Shown: positions 9,783-20,294, counted from the whole stretch's first letter. The stretch is DNA of 61,866 nt, filler included, from Candidatus Woesearchaeota archaeon (GCA_030753365.1; 5 parts of 5 records of this genome joined end to end with filler, not necessarily neighbours in it); one strand, 5' to 3'. The notes: generated by a model from the letters alone, not told the origin. A program made the numbers and translations.

Positions 9783-10058
9783 TCAATGTTCCACTAATGT
9801 TACTTTTCTCATTTCCTCTTCTGTAGCACCATACTCAATATGTTCTTCAAACTTGATTTCTATTTTCTCGCTTAGCATCTCGTTTATTTCCTGTCTAAGA
9901 GCATTAGAATGCACTATCATCTGCAGATAGCTTATCTGCCCCATCTCATACTGCTCCCCGTATTTTACAATAGAATTAATTTTACTGTCTATAGATTCAG
10001 CATAAGAAATAGGTATAATAAGTAGAATAATCAATACTAATAATATCTTTTTTACCAT
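9783..10058 (-). CDS. Short secreted protein, possibly the truncated N-terminus of a larger gene
   Basis: Signal peptide MVKKILLVLIILLIIPISYA, GGGGG RBS, abrupt end. Confidence 0.45.
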   Translation of the reverse strand: MVKKILLVLIILLIIPISYAESIDSKINSIVKYGEQYEMGQISYLQMIVHSNALRQEINEMLSEKIEIKFEEHIEYGATEEEMRKVTLVEH

Positions 10059-10168
10059 TAATACCCCCTTTTTAGAACTCTTTTTGATGTTGCTTGTATT
10101 TAAATGTTGTTTTTTCTAAATTCCTTTATAGCAAAGTTTAAAAGCAACTACCCATAATTATTTCCATT

Positions 10169-12904
10169 ATGAAACAAAACTGGTTCATAAGAATTATTCT
10201 TGGCATAATTTTTGCACTAATCATTTCTATCTCAGCTTTGGCTGGGTTATACACTGATTTTCTTTGGTTTGATGCTCTAGGTTTCTCTCAAATTTTCCTG
10301 ATAAGCCTTTTTTCAAGGGTTAAATTGTTTTTTGCAACAGCCTTGTTCCTCTTTTTGTTCCTGATTGCCAACCTTTGGGTTTCATCAAAGATTACTGAAA
10401 AAAATGTTGTGCCCTTCAGGATTAAACTATTCATCGTCACTATAATATCATTCATGGTTGGCCTTACCGCTTCTTCAGGTTGGTTCAAGGTTTTGCAATA
10501 CTTTAACCAAATATCTTTTAATCTCAATGACCCAATTTTCATAAAAGATGTGTCTTTCTATGTATTTTCACTTCCTTTCTATTTATTAGTATGGAACTTT
10601 CTAATGGGTTGTGTTGTTATTACAATAGTTTTAGTTCTGTTAGATTACTTTCAGTCTGCTATTTCAGCAGCTGTTAAGCCAAAGAAGCCCGTTGTTGACA
10701 CTGTAACACCAATGTCTCCAACCGTTGATTTCAAGGCTGTTTTTTCAAAGATAAAGACCAAGGCAGTAGCTCATCTGGGCATTTTAGTTTCTTTTGCTTT
10801 TGTTTTACTGGCGGTTAGGCATTATCTTTCAAGGTTTTCAATTATGTATTCAGAGCAAGGCATTGTTGTTGGCGCTGGTTATTCTGATGTTGTTGCCTTT
10901 TTGCCTATGATTAAGATTATGATGGTTTTGGCAGTTTGTGTTGCCGTAGTTTTGCTAATTTGGGTGTTTTATATCTCAAAGCAACCCAAATTGAAAAAAC
11001 GCCATATTCTGGGTTATGCATTAATCCTTTATTTCCTATTTGGGTTTGTAGGCCCTACAATGATTCCTGGCATTGTGCAGGCTTTGAAGGTTTCTCCTAA
11101 TGAGATTAATCTTGAGAAACCTTATATTGAGAATAACATAAAGTTTACCCGTTTGGCTTATGGCTTATCTGAAGTTGAAGAGAAAGATTTCCCTGCTGAC
11201 ATGAAACTGACTTCTGAGATGCTTGATGAAGCTTCAGAGACTATTGATAATGTGAGAATCCTTGACAGAAGACCTTTGACAAAAACATACAAACAAACGC
11301 AGGAGATTAGATTGTATTATGACCTTGCAGGCATTGATATTGACAGATATAATATTAATGGTAAGTATACTGCTGTCATGCTTGCCCCCAGAGAGCTTGA
11401 CCAAAGGCAGATAACTGAGAATGCAAAGACCTGGGTTAACCTTCACATGGTTTATACCCACGGTTTTGGGATTGTTATGAGCCCAGTTAACAAGGTTACA
11501 AAGCAGGGTCTGCCGGACTATTTTATTAAGGATATTCCACCAATTTATACTATTGATGAAGAAAATCTAAAGGTTTCAAGGCCGCAGATGTATTATGGAG
11601 AGAAGGATAACGATTTTGTTCTTGTTAACACCAAAACAAACGAGTTTGATTATCCTAAGGGCAATACTAATGAATATATTAACTATGACGGAAAAGGTGG
11701 AGTAGTGTTAGATTCTTTCTTAAAGAAACTATTGATGGCTATAAGATTTGCAGACATTAAGATACTTTTATCTTCAGATATTGCTCCTGATAGCAAGGTA
11801 ATGTTCGCTAGAGAGATTACAAGAAGAGTTTCAAAGCTTACACCATTTTTAGAGCTTGATGGTGATCCTTACATTGTTATTGATAAAAGCGGAAATCTAA
11901 AGTGGATACTGGATGCATATACCACCACTGGAAATTACCCTTACTCTGAGAAGATTGGGCAGATTAATTATATAAGAAACTCAGTCAAAATTGTTGTTGA
12001 TGCTTATGACGGCACTGTTACTTATTATGTTATGGACATTTCCGATCCTTTAATGCTTACTTATGCAAAGATCTTCCCTAAACAGTTCAAACGGTTTGAG
12101 GACATGCCCGCTGACCTGAAAGAGCATATTAGATATCCTAAGGATTTGTTTAAGGTACAGTCTCATATCTATAGCACTTATCACATGGATGATATTAAAG
12201 TGTTCTATAACAAGGAAGATGCCTGGCAGATCCCTAACGAAGTTTACGGCGTTGGCCAGCAGGTTATGGTAGAGCCTTACCATATTATAATGAAACTTCC
12301 TGATGAGGCTAAGGAAGAGTTTGTTTTGATGACTAGTTTTAGTCCTATCAAGAAGGACAACATGGTAGCATGGATGGCTGCCCGCTCTGATGGACAGGAT
12401 TATGGGAAATTAATATTGTATAAGTTCCCTAAGGATAAATTGATTTATGGTCCTTTACAGATTGAAGCAAAGATTGACCAGGACTCTGAGATTTCAAAAC
12501 AGCTTACTTTATGGAGTCAGCAGGGTTCAAGGGTTACAAGAGGTAATTTGCTTGTTATTCCTATTGAAGATAGTATTATTTATATCGAGCCTTTATATAT
12601 CCAGGCAGAGACTGGGCAGCTCCCTGAGCTGAAAAGGGTTTTAGTTTCTGATGGTATTAGTGTTGTTATGGAAGAGAATCTTGCTGAAGCTTTGGAAGTT
12701 CTGTTCGGAAAAAGCAAGAGAGTTGTTGAAGAGAAAGGAGAACTGATAGAGGAAGGAACTTTAGAAGTTAAAACAACTTCTGAACTTATTGAAGAAGCCC
12801 AAAATTATTATGATCTTATTGAGAATTCTATGAAAGAAGGCGACTGGTCTGGCATTGGAAACAATCTTGGCAAGTTAGGGAATGTTCTAGAAAGCTTGAG
12901 TTAG
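10169..12904 (+). CDS. UPF0182 family membrane protein
   Basis: YTDFLWF, DIDRY, WVNLHMVYTHGFG, NYIRNSVK, RGNLLVIP and EPLY motifs. Confidence 0.92.
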   Translation: MKQNWFIRIILGIIFALIISISALAGLYTDFLWFDALGFSQIFLISLFSRVKLFFATALFLFLFLIANLWVSSKITEKNVVPFRIKLFIVTIISFMVGLTASSGWFKVLQYFNQISFNLNDPIFIKDVSFYVFSLPFYLLVWNFLMGCVVITIVLVLLDYFQSAISAAVKPKKPVVDTVTPMSPTVDFKAVFSKIKTKAVAHLGILVSFAFVLLAVRHYLSRFSIMYSEQGIVVGAGYSDVVAFLPMIKIMMVLAVCVAVVLLIWVFYISKQPKLKKRHILGYALILYFLFGFVGPTMIPGIVQALKVSPNEINLEKPYIENNIKFTRLAYGLSEVEEKDFPADMKLTSEMLDEASETIDNVRILDRRPLTKTYKQTQEIRLYYDLAGIDIDRYNINGKYTAVMLAPRELDQRQITENAKTWVNLHMVYTHGFGIVMSPVNKVTKQGLPDYFIKDIPPIYTIDEENLKVSRPQMYYGEKDNDFVLVNTKTNEFDYPKGNTNEYINYDGKGGVVLDSFLKKLLMAIRFADIKILLSSDIAPDSKVMFAREITRRVSKLTPFLELDGDPYIVIDKSGNLKWILDAYTTTGNYPYSEKIGQINYIRNSVKIVVDAYDGTVTYYVMDISDPLMLTYAKIFPKQFKRFEDMPADLKEHIRYPKDLFKVQSHIYSTYHMDDIKVFYNKEDAWQIPNEVYGVGQQVMVEPYHIIMKLPDEAKEEFVLMTSFSPIKKDNMVAWMAARSDGQDYGKLILYKFPKDKLIYGPLQIEAKIDQDSEISKQLTLWSQQGSRVTRGNLLVIPIEDSIIYIEPLYIQAETGQLPELKRVLVSDGISVVMEENLAEALEVLFGKSKRVVEEKGELIEEGTLEVKTTSELIEEAQNYYDLIENSMKEGDWSGIGNNLGKLGNVLESLS

Positions 12905-13198
12905 ATTTATTATCTTAAAAACATAACCAGAAATATATAAAGATTAATCTAAATATTCCTCTCCTGGAATATATTCATCACTAGCAGGCAAACAAACAAC
13001 AACATCAAATTTCCTTGCTATTTCTTTAGTTAACCTTTCTGCTTCAATACAAGAAGGGTCTCTAAGATGATAATTTACATTTAATTCTGAAACAACTTTA
13101 AAACCTGAATTCTCCCAATCAGAAACTTCCTCTTCTTCTATTGTATGAGGAAAATAGAATAGATGAGGCCAATCGTCTTTTTTATTATAGTAAAATAT

Positions 13199-13298
13199 NN
13201 NNNNNNNNNNNNNNNNNNNNNNNNNNNNNNNNNNNNNNNNNNTTAATTAATTAANNNNNNNNNNNNNNNNNNNNNNNNNNNNNNNNNNNNNNNNNNNN
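13199..13298. other. Artificial contig linker (N-TTAATTAATTAA-N)
   Basis: 100-nt N run containing an all-frame stop linker. Confidence 0.97.
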
Positions 13299-13320
13299 AA
13301 AAAAAAGAAAAAAAAAGAGG

Positions 13321-14382
13321 ATGAACTTAAACTTAGACTTTTTACCCTGGCTAAATGATTTAGTTGGGAACGTATACATTCAAGCACTATTAGTTTTTAT
13401 ATTATTCTTGTTTCTGGCTTCTGTAATGTTGGTTGTTTATAGAAAATATGTTAAAAAAATAGCTTCAAAAACTAAAACAAAAGTGGATGATATTATACTT
13501 GAGAAATCAGAAATGCCTTTGTTTTATATGCTGATTCTTTTTGGAATAAAGCTGGCTATAAAGCCTTTAAATATAACTAACTCATCTATCCAAAAAGGAA
13601 TTAACACTGTTGTGGTAATTATAATGGGTTATATAGTTGTCAGCTTTGTGAACACTGTAATCAAACTATGGGGGAAAAAGATTGCGGAAAGAACAAAGTC
13701 AACGTTTGATGATGAAGTGCTTCCTCTCATTCAGTCGCTTTCAAAAATTTTTGTGGGAATAATAGTATTGCTTATTGTGCTTGACATATGGAGCATAAAG
13801 ATAGGGCCGTTGCTTGCAAGCTTGGGTATAGCTGGCTTAGCAGTTGCATTTGCAATGCAGACTTCTCTTGGAAACATATTTGGGAGCATATCTCTTATAC
13901 TTGACAAGACGTTTAAAGTAAAAGATGTAATCCAGCTTGAATCAGGAGAAATAGGACAGATTGTTGGAATAGGGTTAAGGAGCACTAAGATAAAGACTTT
14001 TGATAATGAATTATTGATTGTTCCTAATGGAATGCTGGCAACAAGCAAGATAAAGAATTTGGCAAAGCCAAACAATGTGTTAAGATTAGTTCTGCCTATA
14101 GGAGTAGCTTATGGCTCGGATATAGATAAGGTTAAGAAAACTCTTCTTACTACGCTTAAGAATGTTAAAGGAGTGGTGCATGGAAATGAGAAGCGCAAAC
14201 CCTTGGTAAGGTTCAATAAGATGAATGATTTCTCATTAGACTTTGATTTAGTGTTTTTTATAGAAGATTACAAGGAAAGATTTGACATTTCAGACGAGAT
14301 TCTTACAAAGGCTTATAATGAGCTGAATAAGAAGAAGATAGACATACCATTCCCTACAAGAACGGTTTATTTGAAGAAGTGA
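13321..14382 (+). CDS. mscS: Small-conductance mechanosensitive channel (MscS family)
   Basis: LLASLGIAGLAVAFAMQ, IGLRSTKIKT, VPNG, VAYGSD, IPFPTR. Confidence 0.92.
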   Translation: MNLNLDFLPWLNDLVGNVYIQALLVFILFLFLASVMLVVYRKYVKKIASKTKTKVDDIILEKSEMPLFYMLILFGIKLAIKPLNITNSSIQKGINTVVVIIMGYIVVSFVNTVIKLWGKKIAERTKSTFDDEVLPLIQSLSKIFVGIIVLLIVLDIWSIKIGPLLASLGIAGLAVAFAMQTSLGNIFGSISLILDKTFKVKDVIQLESGEIGQIVGIGLRSTKIKTFDNELLIVPNGMLATSKIKNLAKPNNVLRLVLPIGVAYGSDIDKVKKTLLTTLKNVKGVVHGNEKRKPLVRFNKMNDFSLDFDLVFFIEDYKERFDISDEILTKAYNELNKKKIDIPFPTRTVYLKK

Positions 14383-14452
14383 GCTTGTACTGATTAGCTG
14401 ATTTTTGATAGATTATAGATATTTTTATAAAACCTCTAGGATTCTTGTTGAT

Positions 14453-15982
14453 ATGAGCGAGGAGAAGACTAGAGTTGTCTGGAGAGATCCTGAGAGATAT
14501 TTCAAAGAGATTGGTCATGACTTTGATCTTGAATTCCAGAATAATGGAAAGTTTATGAGATATATGAAAGGTAGAGCTGTTAAACCTTTTCTGATGGGAG
14601 ATTTGTTTAAAAAATTAAGTCTAGTAGAGTTTGATGAAACGAAAGACAGGCAAGTCTATCATAGTGATAAAAGCTGCTTATTCTCAAGGTTTGAAGTAGA
14701 AGGAATTACTAGGTATAAGGAGATTGTAAAAGATCCTGATATCAGTGTTGCTTGGTGTCCTAGGCATAGGTTCACTGGGGATTATATAGGCATGCAACCA
14801 TTGCTTGTTGATTGTGTTTATAAGTCGTTGGATGAATCTTCTGAAAGTATGGAAGGTGAGAAACAGTCTCATAAATATTTGATGATTCCAGGAGGGGATA
14901 ATCTTTTTGTCCGAGGTTTTAGTACAATATTAAAGAAGTTTGGAACATTTATGTTTCTTAGGAAAGATAAGGCATTTTCTCTTAAAAAAAAGGATATAGA
15001 AGAAATAAATCAAAATATGCCTCTTGTTAAATATTTTATAGATAAGGATGGGAAAAGAAGGATGATTGATTCTGAACATGAAGAAAATGTTGGTGAGTTA
15101 GAGACATTGCTTGCAGATAAGAAAGTAGAGCAGTTTTTGGATGAAAGATATTATTTGACTAATGTATTGCCTTCATATCTTGAACAGCAAATGTTTGAAG
15201 GTGTAAATGGGAGAACATATGATATTATGCCTTTTGTAGAATATAAGATTGGCGTTAATGGGAAGGTGAGCACAGGCAGATCAAAAACAGGAGAATTAGG
15301 AGACATGAGCCCGCTTTTTTTTAAACATCTTTATAGGATTTTGCAGAGGCATAAGGGTGAAAAAGAGCTGTTAATTGTTCCTAGTAATATGTCTGGGTCT
15401 AAATATCCTGATGCCTTAAATTTTGTTGGCAAACCATCCTTTTTATTGGGGTTAAGCAGAAGCCTGAAATATATTATGGATTCAAATTATTTTTGGATTA
15501 GGTATCCGCATTATGCAGAAAAACATCCTGAAGCAAAGATTGAGGCAACTGTAAAATTTGGTGAACCAATCTCACTTTCAGAGTTTAATAAAAAGTCTGT
15601 TGTGGACGATCTTCCTGGAATACTTAGGAAAAGAATTGGGCTTCTTGAGACACCTTATCCTGTAGCAGTCCTTTGTAAGTTAATGGAGGGTGAAAGTGAA
15701 GTTCTTTATTCTGTATTGAATGAAAGGTTTAAGCCTCTTCTTGAATATTATCAGAAGCTTGGTATAGATGTTTCTAAGATTACTAGTCCAAATGGGAATC
15801 CTTTGGATGCAGAAGATTTGACAGAAAGAGTTGCTCTTACTCTTAATAGTAATCCTAGGATATATTCTAAAGGTGGGAACTATTCTAAAAAGATTATTGA
15901 GCCAAGACAGTTTTCTGTGAGAAGCAATAACAGTGATTTGCAAGTATGGTATGCAAATATGTTGAAACATCTTGAGATTTAG
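14453..15982 (+). CDS. Glycerolipid acyltransferase-like protein (PlsB/PlsC/LPLAT superfamily)
   Basis: HxxxxD (PRHRFTGDY), GGDNL, GTFMFLRK, GRSKTGEL and FGEPISL blocks; ATG start chosen over TTG 14405. Confidence 0.6.
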   Translation: MSEEKTRVVWRDPERYFKEIGHDFDLEFQNNGKFMRYMKGRAVKPFLMGDLFKKLSLVEFDETKDRQVYHSDKSCLFSRFEVEGITRYKEIVKDPDISVAWCPRHRFTGDYIGMQPLLVDCVYKSLDESSESMEGEKQSHKYLMIPGGDNLFVRGFSTILKKFGTFMFLRKDKAFSLKKKDIEEINQNMPLVKYFIDKDGKRRMIDSEHEENVGELETLLADKKVEQFLDERYYLTNVLPSYLEQQMFEGVNGRTYDIMPFVEYKIGVNGKVSTGRSKTGELGDMSPLFFKHLYRILQRHKGEKELLIVPSNMSGSKYPDALNFVGKPSFLLGLSRSLKYIMDSNYFWIRYPHYAEKHPEAKIEATVKFGEPISLSEFNKKSVVDDLPGILRKRIGLLETPYPVAVLCKLMEGESEVLYSVLNERFKPLLEYYQKLGIDVSKITSPNGNPLDAEDLTERVALTLNSNPRIYSKGGNYSKKIIEPRQFSVRSNNSDLQVWYANMLKHLEI

Positions 15983-16033
15983 ATTAAAGAAATATTAATA
16001 TAAGACATAAGTTTATCTAAATCTTCTAAGAAA

Positions 16034-17374
16034 ATGATATCGTTAAGCATGCTTCTTAAGCATTATAAAAGAAAAGAGATTCAGGAAGAAATAGTCAGGA
16101 ATGCGAACGGCAGGGAAGTTGCAGTCAAGTTCGGAGAAAAAGGATTTGGGAAAAGGCCGGATGTTCTACAGTATCCTAATGATGTATTAAATCTTGCGAA
16201 GAAAGGCGCTACATCTTTTCATGTCTCAGAAGAGCATTGGGGAAATGTTCTGCAGTTAAGCACAGGGATGAAAAAAAGCGAGCAGGATGAGATGAGAACA
16301 GGGTTTGACCTTGTATTAGATATAGACTGCCATAACCTTGAGTACAGCAAAATAGCAGGAGACTTAGTTGTCAAGGCGTTGAAGCATAATGGGATTAATT
16401 CTTTATCATGCAAATTCTCAGGCAATAAAGGGCTGCATATTGCAGTGCCTTTCAAAGCATTTCCTAAATTGATAAATAATATTGAGACAAAAAAACTTTT
16501 CCCTGAACTGCCAAGAAGAATAACAATGTATCTAAAGGCAATGATAAAAGAGCCTTTGAGCAGGGCAATACTTGAATATGAAAATAATGATTTCTCTAGA
16601 ATTGTTGAAAATGTTGGCAAGAAAGCTGAAGAGATTATGATAAAAGAGAAAAATGAATCAGGAAGCATGGTTAATAAGCTTAACACAGAATCTTTCCTTG
16701 ACATAGACACTGTACTTATATCGAGCAGGCATCTTTACAGAAGTGTTTACTCGTTCAATGAAAAATCAGGGTTAATTTCTGTGCCTGTAAAGCATGATGA
16801 AATTTTATCGTTTGACAAAGAAATGGCAAAGCCTGAGAATGTAAAATTAGGTGAATTAAAATTTCTTGATGAAAATAGAGTAATAGAAGAGGATGCAAGA
16901 AGACTTGTTATGCAGGCATATGAGTTTGTTGAGAAAGAAGGTGAAAAGCCTGAAGGAAATAATAAAAACTATGGGAAGCCCATGGAAATCAAGCTGGATG
17001 CCCCCATGCCTGAAAAGTTCTTTCCTCCGTGTATCAATTTTGTGTTAAACAATGGGCTGGATGATGGGAAAAAAAGAGTATTGTTTATACTCGTTAACTT
17101 TCTTACAAGCCTTGGCTGGGATCATGAAAAAGTGGAGAAGAGGTTGGGTGAATGGAACAAAAAGAATCCTGAAGCAATAAGGGAAACTTACATGGTTGGA
17201 CAGATAAGGTATCATAAGTATAAGAAGAAGAATATACTTCCACCAAACTGTAGCAATAAAGATTATTATCATGACATTGGAATATGCAAGCCTGATAATC
17301 TATGCAATAAGATAAAGAATCCTGTTAATTATTCATTGAGGAAGGTTAAGTTCTTGAAGAATAAGAAAAATTAG
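16034..17374 (+). CDS. priSL: Fused DNA primase PriS-PriL (DPANN type)
   Basis: N-terminal DLVLDID and FSGNKGLH catalytic motifs; C-terminal FPPC...PPNC...C...C Fe-S ligands. Confidence 0.88.
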   Translation: MISLSMLLKHYKRKEIQEEIVRNANGREVAVKFGEKGFGKRPDVLQYPNDVLNLAKKGATSFHVSEEHWGNVLQLSTGMKKSEQDEMRTGFDLVLDIDCHNLEYSKIAGDLVVKALKHNGINSLSCKFSGNKGLHIAVPFKAFPKLINNIETKKLFPELPRRITMYLKAMIKEPLSRAILEYENNDFSRIVENVGKKAEEIMIKEKNESGSMVNKLNTESFLDIDTVLISSRHLYRSVYSFNEKSGLISVPVKHDEILSFDKEMAKPENVKLGELKFLDENRVIEEDARRLVMQAYEFVEKEGEKPEGNNKNYGKPMEIKLDAPMPEKFFPPCINFVLNNGLDDGKKRVLFILVNFLTSLGWDHEKVEKRLGEWNKKNPEAIRETYMVGQIRYHKYKKKNILPPNCSNKDYYHDIGICKPDNLCNKIKNPVNYSLRKVKFLKNKKN

Positions 17375-18000
17375 TTTTTGTGTTTGCTCTTCTTCCTCTT
17401 ATACCTGCCTCTTTTCTCAACAGTTTCTAACCTTTCTATCACAGCATCATAATGTTCTGAGATTGACTTGTAACCTTCTAACACGTATTTGAAACATTCC
17501 TCCCAAATCTTATAATGCTTTGATTCCAAGGCCTGTTTCAATAAGTGCAAATCAACAGCTTTATCTTCCACTTTAAGTGAGGAGACGCTAAGCCCAAAAT
17601 CAATAAAATAAACTCTTTCTTTGTCGTCATCCTTGAGAATCATGTTTGATGTTGTTAAATCTCCATGGATAATCTCATTGTTATGCATGATGGCAATGTT
17701 TTTTCCTATCTCATTGCAGAGGAACTTGTAATCACTCTTTTCAAGGATGTTTCTTATGCTGTCTCCTTTGAGGAATTCTATCTCTAATAGCTCTTTGTCA
17801 TCTGACCTGATTAGTTTAGGGCAAGGAAATCCTAAAATGTTGAGTTTTTTAATGACTTTTGCCTCTTTCTTTGTTCTTCTCTTTCTTAGTTTTTCATCTA
17901 TTTCACTAATTCTATAAGATTTCTTTATTCTGTCCTTTATTATTACATTGTTATCTAAGAAAAGCTTTGCTTCAGCTCCCTGGGCAATAAGTTTTTTCAT
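17371..18000 (-). CDS. bud32: KEOPS complex kinase Bud32
   Basis: QGAEA, HGDLTTSN, IDFGL, EDKAVDL and RGRY motifs. Confidence 0.93.
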   Translation of the reverse strand: MKKLIAQGAEAKLFLDNNVIIKDRIKKSYRISEIDEKLRKRRTKKEAKVIKKLNILGFPCPKLIRSDDKELLEIEFLKGDSIRNILEKSDYKFLCNEIGKNIAIMHNNEIIHGDLTTSNMILKDDDKERVYFIDFGLSVSSLKVEDKAVDLHLLKQALESKHYKIWEECFKYVLEGYKSISEHYDAVIERLETVEKRGRYKRKKSKHKN

Positions 18001-18069
18001 ATTATGCTTTAAAATATGGATAGTATATAAAAAATATCTCTTAAAAATGGTTAAATCTGTGATCTTAAT

Positions 18070-18167
18070 TATTTAGTTTGGGTTTTATACCCCGATGCTT
18101 GCATCGGCTTAATACGCAAACTAAATACTAAAAATACCCCGCAGCTTGCTGCGATTGGGATTTTTTA
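18070..18167. repeat. Tandem REP/PATE-like palindromes
   Basis: Related hairpins ATACCCCGATGCTTGCATCGG and ATACCCCGCAGCTTGCTGCG; the first is enclosed by IR TATTTAGTTTG/CAAACTAAATA. Confidence 0.6.
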
Positions 18168-18364
18168 TTTGTGAAAAAGAGCGCTTTTTTAGGCTGAAAA
18201 TCCCTTCAAATTTAGAGGTAAAATACACATAATATAATCTGCTTTGTCTATATTCTATTACCATAACTTTTATTAATGAGAGCATATATATCTATATAAA
18301 AGTAGTTAAAAATGGCTAAAATGCCTTAACATGGCTCAGAGAGGGGTTTATTTGGTGATATAAC

Positions 18365-20227
18365 TTGGCAGAAGACGACGTAAAAGTTCATTATGATTGG
18401 GAATCTGAAGACATAGAAGACAGTGAAATTGCAGTAGATAAAGCTGTAATTAAGGAGAAAAGTTCTAATAAAAAAGCTGCTAAGAAATCTAAGAAAAAAA
18501 CTACTCCTCTAAAGAAAAAGGAAGCAAAAGAAGAAACTGCTCAAACTACGTCCGATACTAATTTAGTTGGCAAGGAAGAGATAAAAGAAGAAGCCAAACC
18601 TGAAAAAGTGGAGAAAGAAGCTCCAGTTGTTGCTGCTGAAGAGATGGATAAACCTGGTGAAGTTGTTGAAGAAGAAAAATTACAGCAGCCTGCTGAAGAA
18701 AAGGAAAAAGAAGATATAATTATTGAAGAAGAGAAAAAGGAAGTAAAATTAGAACAGAGACCTGAAGATAAGCCTAAAGAAGATGTGTATGAGCAGAAAC
18801 CTGAAGAAAAGCCTTTTACTCCAGAAAGTTCTACTTTTGCAGGAGGAGAACAGCAATATGGAGAAGAAGAGCCAAAACCTAATTATATGATTGCTTTTGT
18901 TGCTGTCGTAGTTATAATCATTCTTTCAATTTTCATATTAAAAACAAAAGATATTTTCCCATCTTCAGGGAATGATAATGTTGTTGCTATGGTTAATGGC
19001 GAAATAATTACTCTAGAAGAACTGGAAAGTGTATATAAGGCTACTGTGCCTGTTGAATATTCTGCTTTTATAACTAAAGAAGACTTTTTGAATCAGTCGC
19101 TTGTGCCTGAGAAGGTTTTATTGCAGGAAGCTGGAAAGAAGGGCATAAAGGTATCTGAGCTGGAACTGCAGGATGGCCTGAAAAAGTTTCTAATGGAAAA
19201 TACTATGACAGAGGAACAACTAAAGAGCAGGCTTGAGTCTGATGGCGTAGATTTTGAGAGTTTTAGAGTAAATTTTAAGACAAGATTAATTATAACAAAA
19301 CTCCTTGATGAAGAAGTTGTGTCACAGATAAAAATTAATGATTTTGAGATTATAGATTATTATGAAAGTAATAGTGATAAGTTCGTTGCAAAGCCAGGCC
19401 AAATAAGAGCAAGGCATATTCTAGTGGATTCAAAGGACTTAGCCGAAGAACTTTTAGAGGAGATTAATAATGGAGAAGATTTTGAGGAATTGGCTAAAGA
19501 AAATTCTATAGGCCCTTCAGCTCCTTTTGGCGGTGAACTCGGATTCTTTGGAGAAGGTATGATGGTTGAAGAATTTGAAGATGTAGCATTTGGGCTTGAG
19601 GCTGGTGAAGTATCAGATATTGTTGAAACAAATTTTGGTTATCATATTATTAAGAGAGAAGAAAATGAGATGACTCTTGAAGAAGCAAAGGAGAAGATAA
19701 GAACAACATTACAGACTTCTAAGCAATCAGCAGCAGTCGAAGTTTATATTAATAAACTTGTTAGTAATGCTGATGTAGTATTTAAGCTGGATAAAGCTCC
19801 TGAAGCTACAGGTTTTACCCCAGCGGAAACTACAAGTAAAAGGACATTTGTAGATACAGGGGATGAAGTGTATAAGATAGATGGGAAACCAGTTATAAGG
19901 CTTTATACGACAACGTGGTGCCCGCATTGTGTATGGGTAAAGGATACTTTTGATAAAGTAGCTAGGGAATATATTGCACAGGGAAAGATAGTTGCATATC
20001 ATTGGGATGTTGACAGTGGGGATAACACTTTAACCCCTGAAATAGAGACAAATATTCCTCCTGAAGAGATAGAAATATTCAAGAAGTATAATTCTAAAGG
20101 CTCTATTCCTACGTTTGTGTTTGGTAACAAGTATAAGAGGATAGGCAATGGTTATGAAGCAGAAGATGATCTTGGAGCAGAAGAAGCTGAGTTTAGGGCA
20201 ATTATTGAAGAATTGATTGCAGAATAA
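18365..20227 (+). CDS. Membrane-anchored foldase: acidic N-region + SurA-N + parvulin PPIase + thioredoxin domain
   Basis: TM helix, VAMVNGEII, RARHILV, GGELG, GYHII, then WCPHC; TTG start after GGTGA. Confidence 0.85.
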   Translation: MAEDDVKVHYDWESEDIEDSEIAVDKAVIKEKSSNKKAAKKSKKKTTPLKKKEAKEETAQTTSDTNLVGKEEIKEEAKPEKVEKEAPVVAAEEMDKPGEVVEEEKLQQPAEEKEKEDIIIEEEKKEVKLEQRPEDKPKEDVYEQKPEEKPFTPESSTFAGGEQQYGEEEPKPNYMIAFVAVVVIIILSIFILKTKDIFPSSGNDNVVAMVNGEIITLEELESVYKATVPVEYSAFITKEDFLNQSLVPEKVLLQEAGKKGIKVSELELQDGLKKFLMENTMTEEQLKSRLESDGVDFESFRVNFKTRLIITKLLDEEVVSQIKINDFEIIDYYESNSDKFVAKPGQIRARHILVDSKDLAEELLEEINNGEDFEELAKENSIGPSAPFGGELGFFGEGMMVEEFEDVAFGLEAGEVSDIVETNFGYHIIKREENEMTLEEAKEKIRTTLQTSKQSAAVEVYINKLVSNADVVFKLDKAPEATGFTPAETTSKRTFVDTGDEVYKIDGKPVIRLYTTTWCPHCVWVKDTFDKVAREYIAQGKIVAYHWDVDSGDNTLTPEIETNIPPEEIEIFKKYNSKGSIPTFVFGNKYKRIGNGYEAEDDLGAEEAEFRAIIEELIAE

Positions 20228-20294
20228 TTAGAATACTTTTTCTTTGAATGTTAACACTAAAATAGATAATATAATAAAAAAGAAGAATAAAATC

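Noticed and set aside
13199..13298. TTAATTAATTAA palindrome within N runs, repeated four times in the window
   Set aside because: Artificial contig-joining linker, not a biological repeat; ORFs running into it are artefactually terminated.
16034..17374. PriS-PriL fusion as a novelty
   Set aside because: Fused primases are already known in Nanoarchaeum and other DPANN; useful as a taxonomic marker only.
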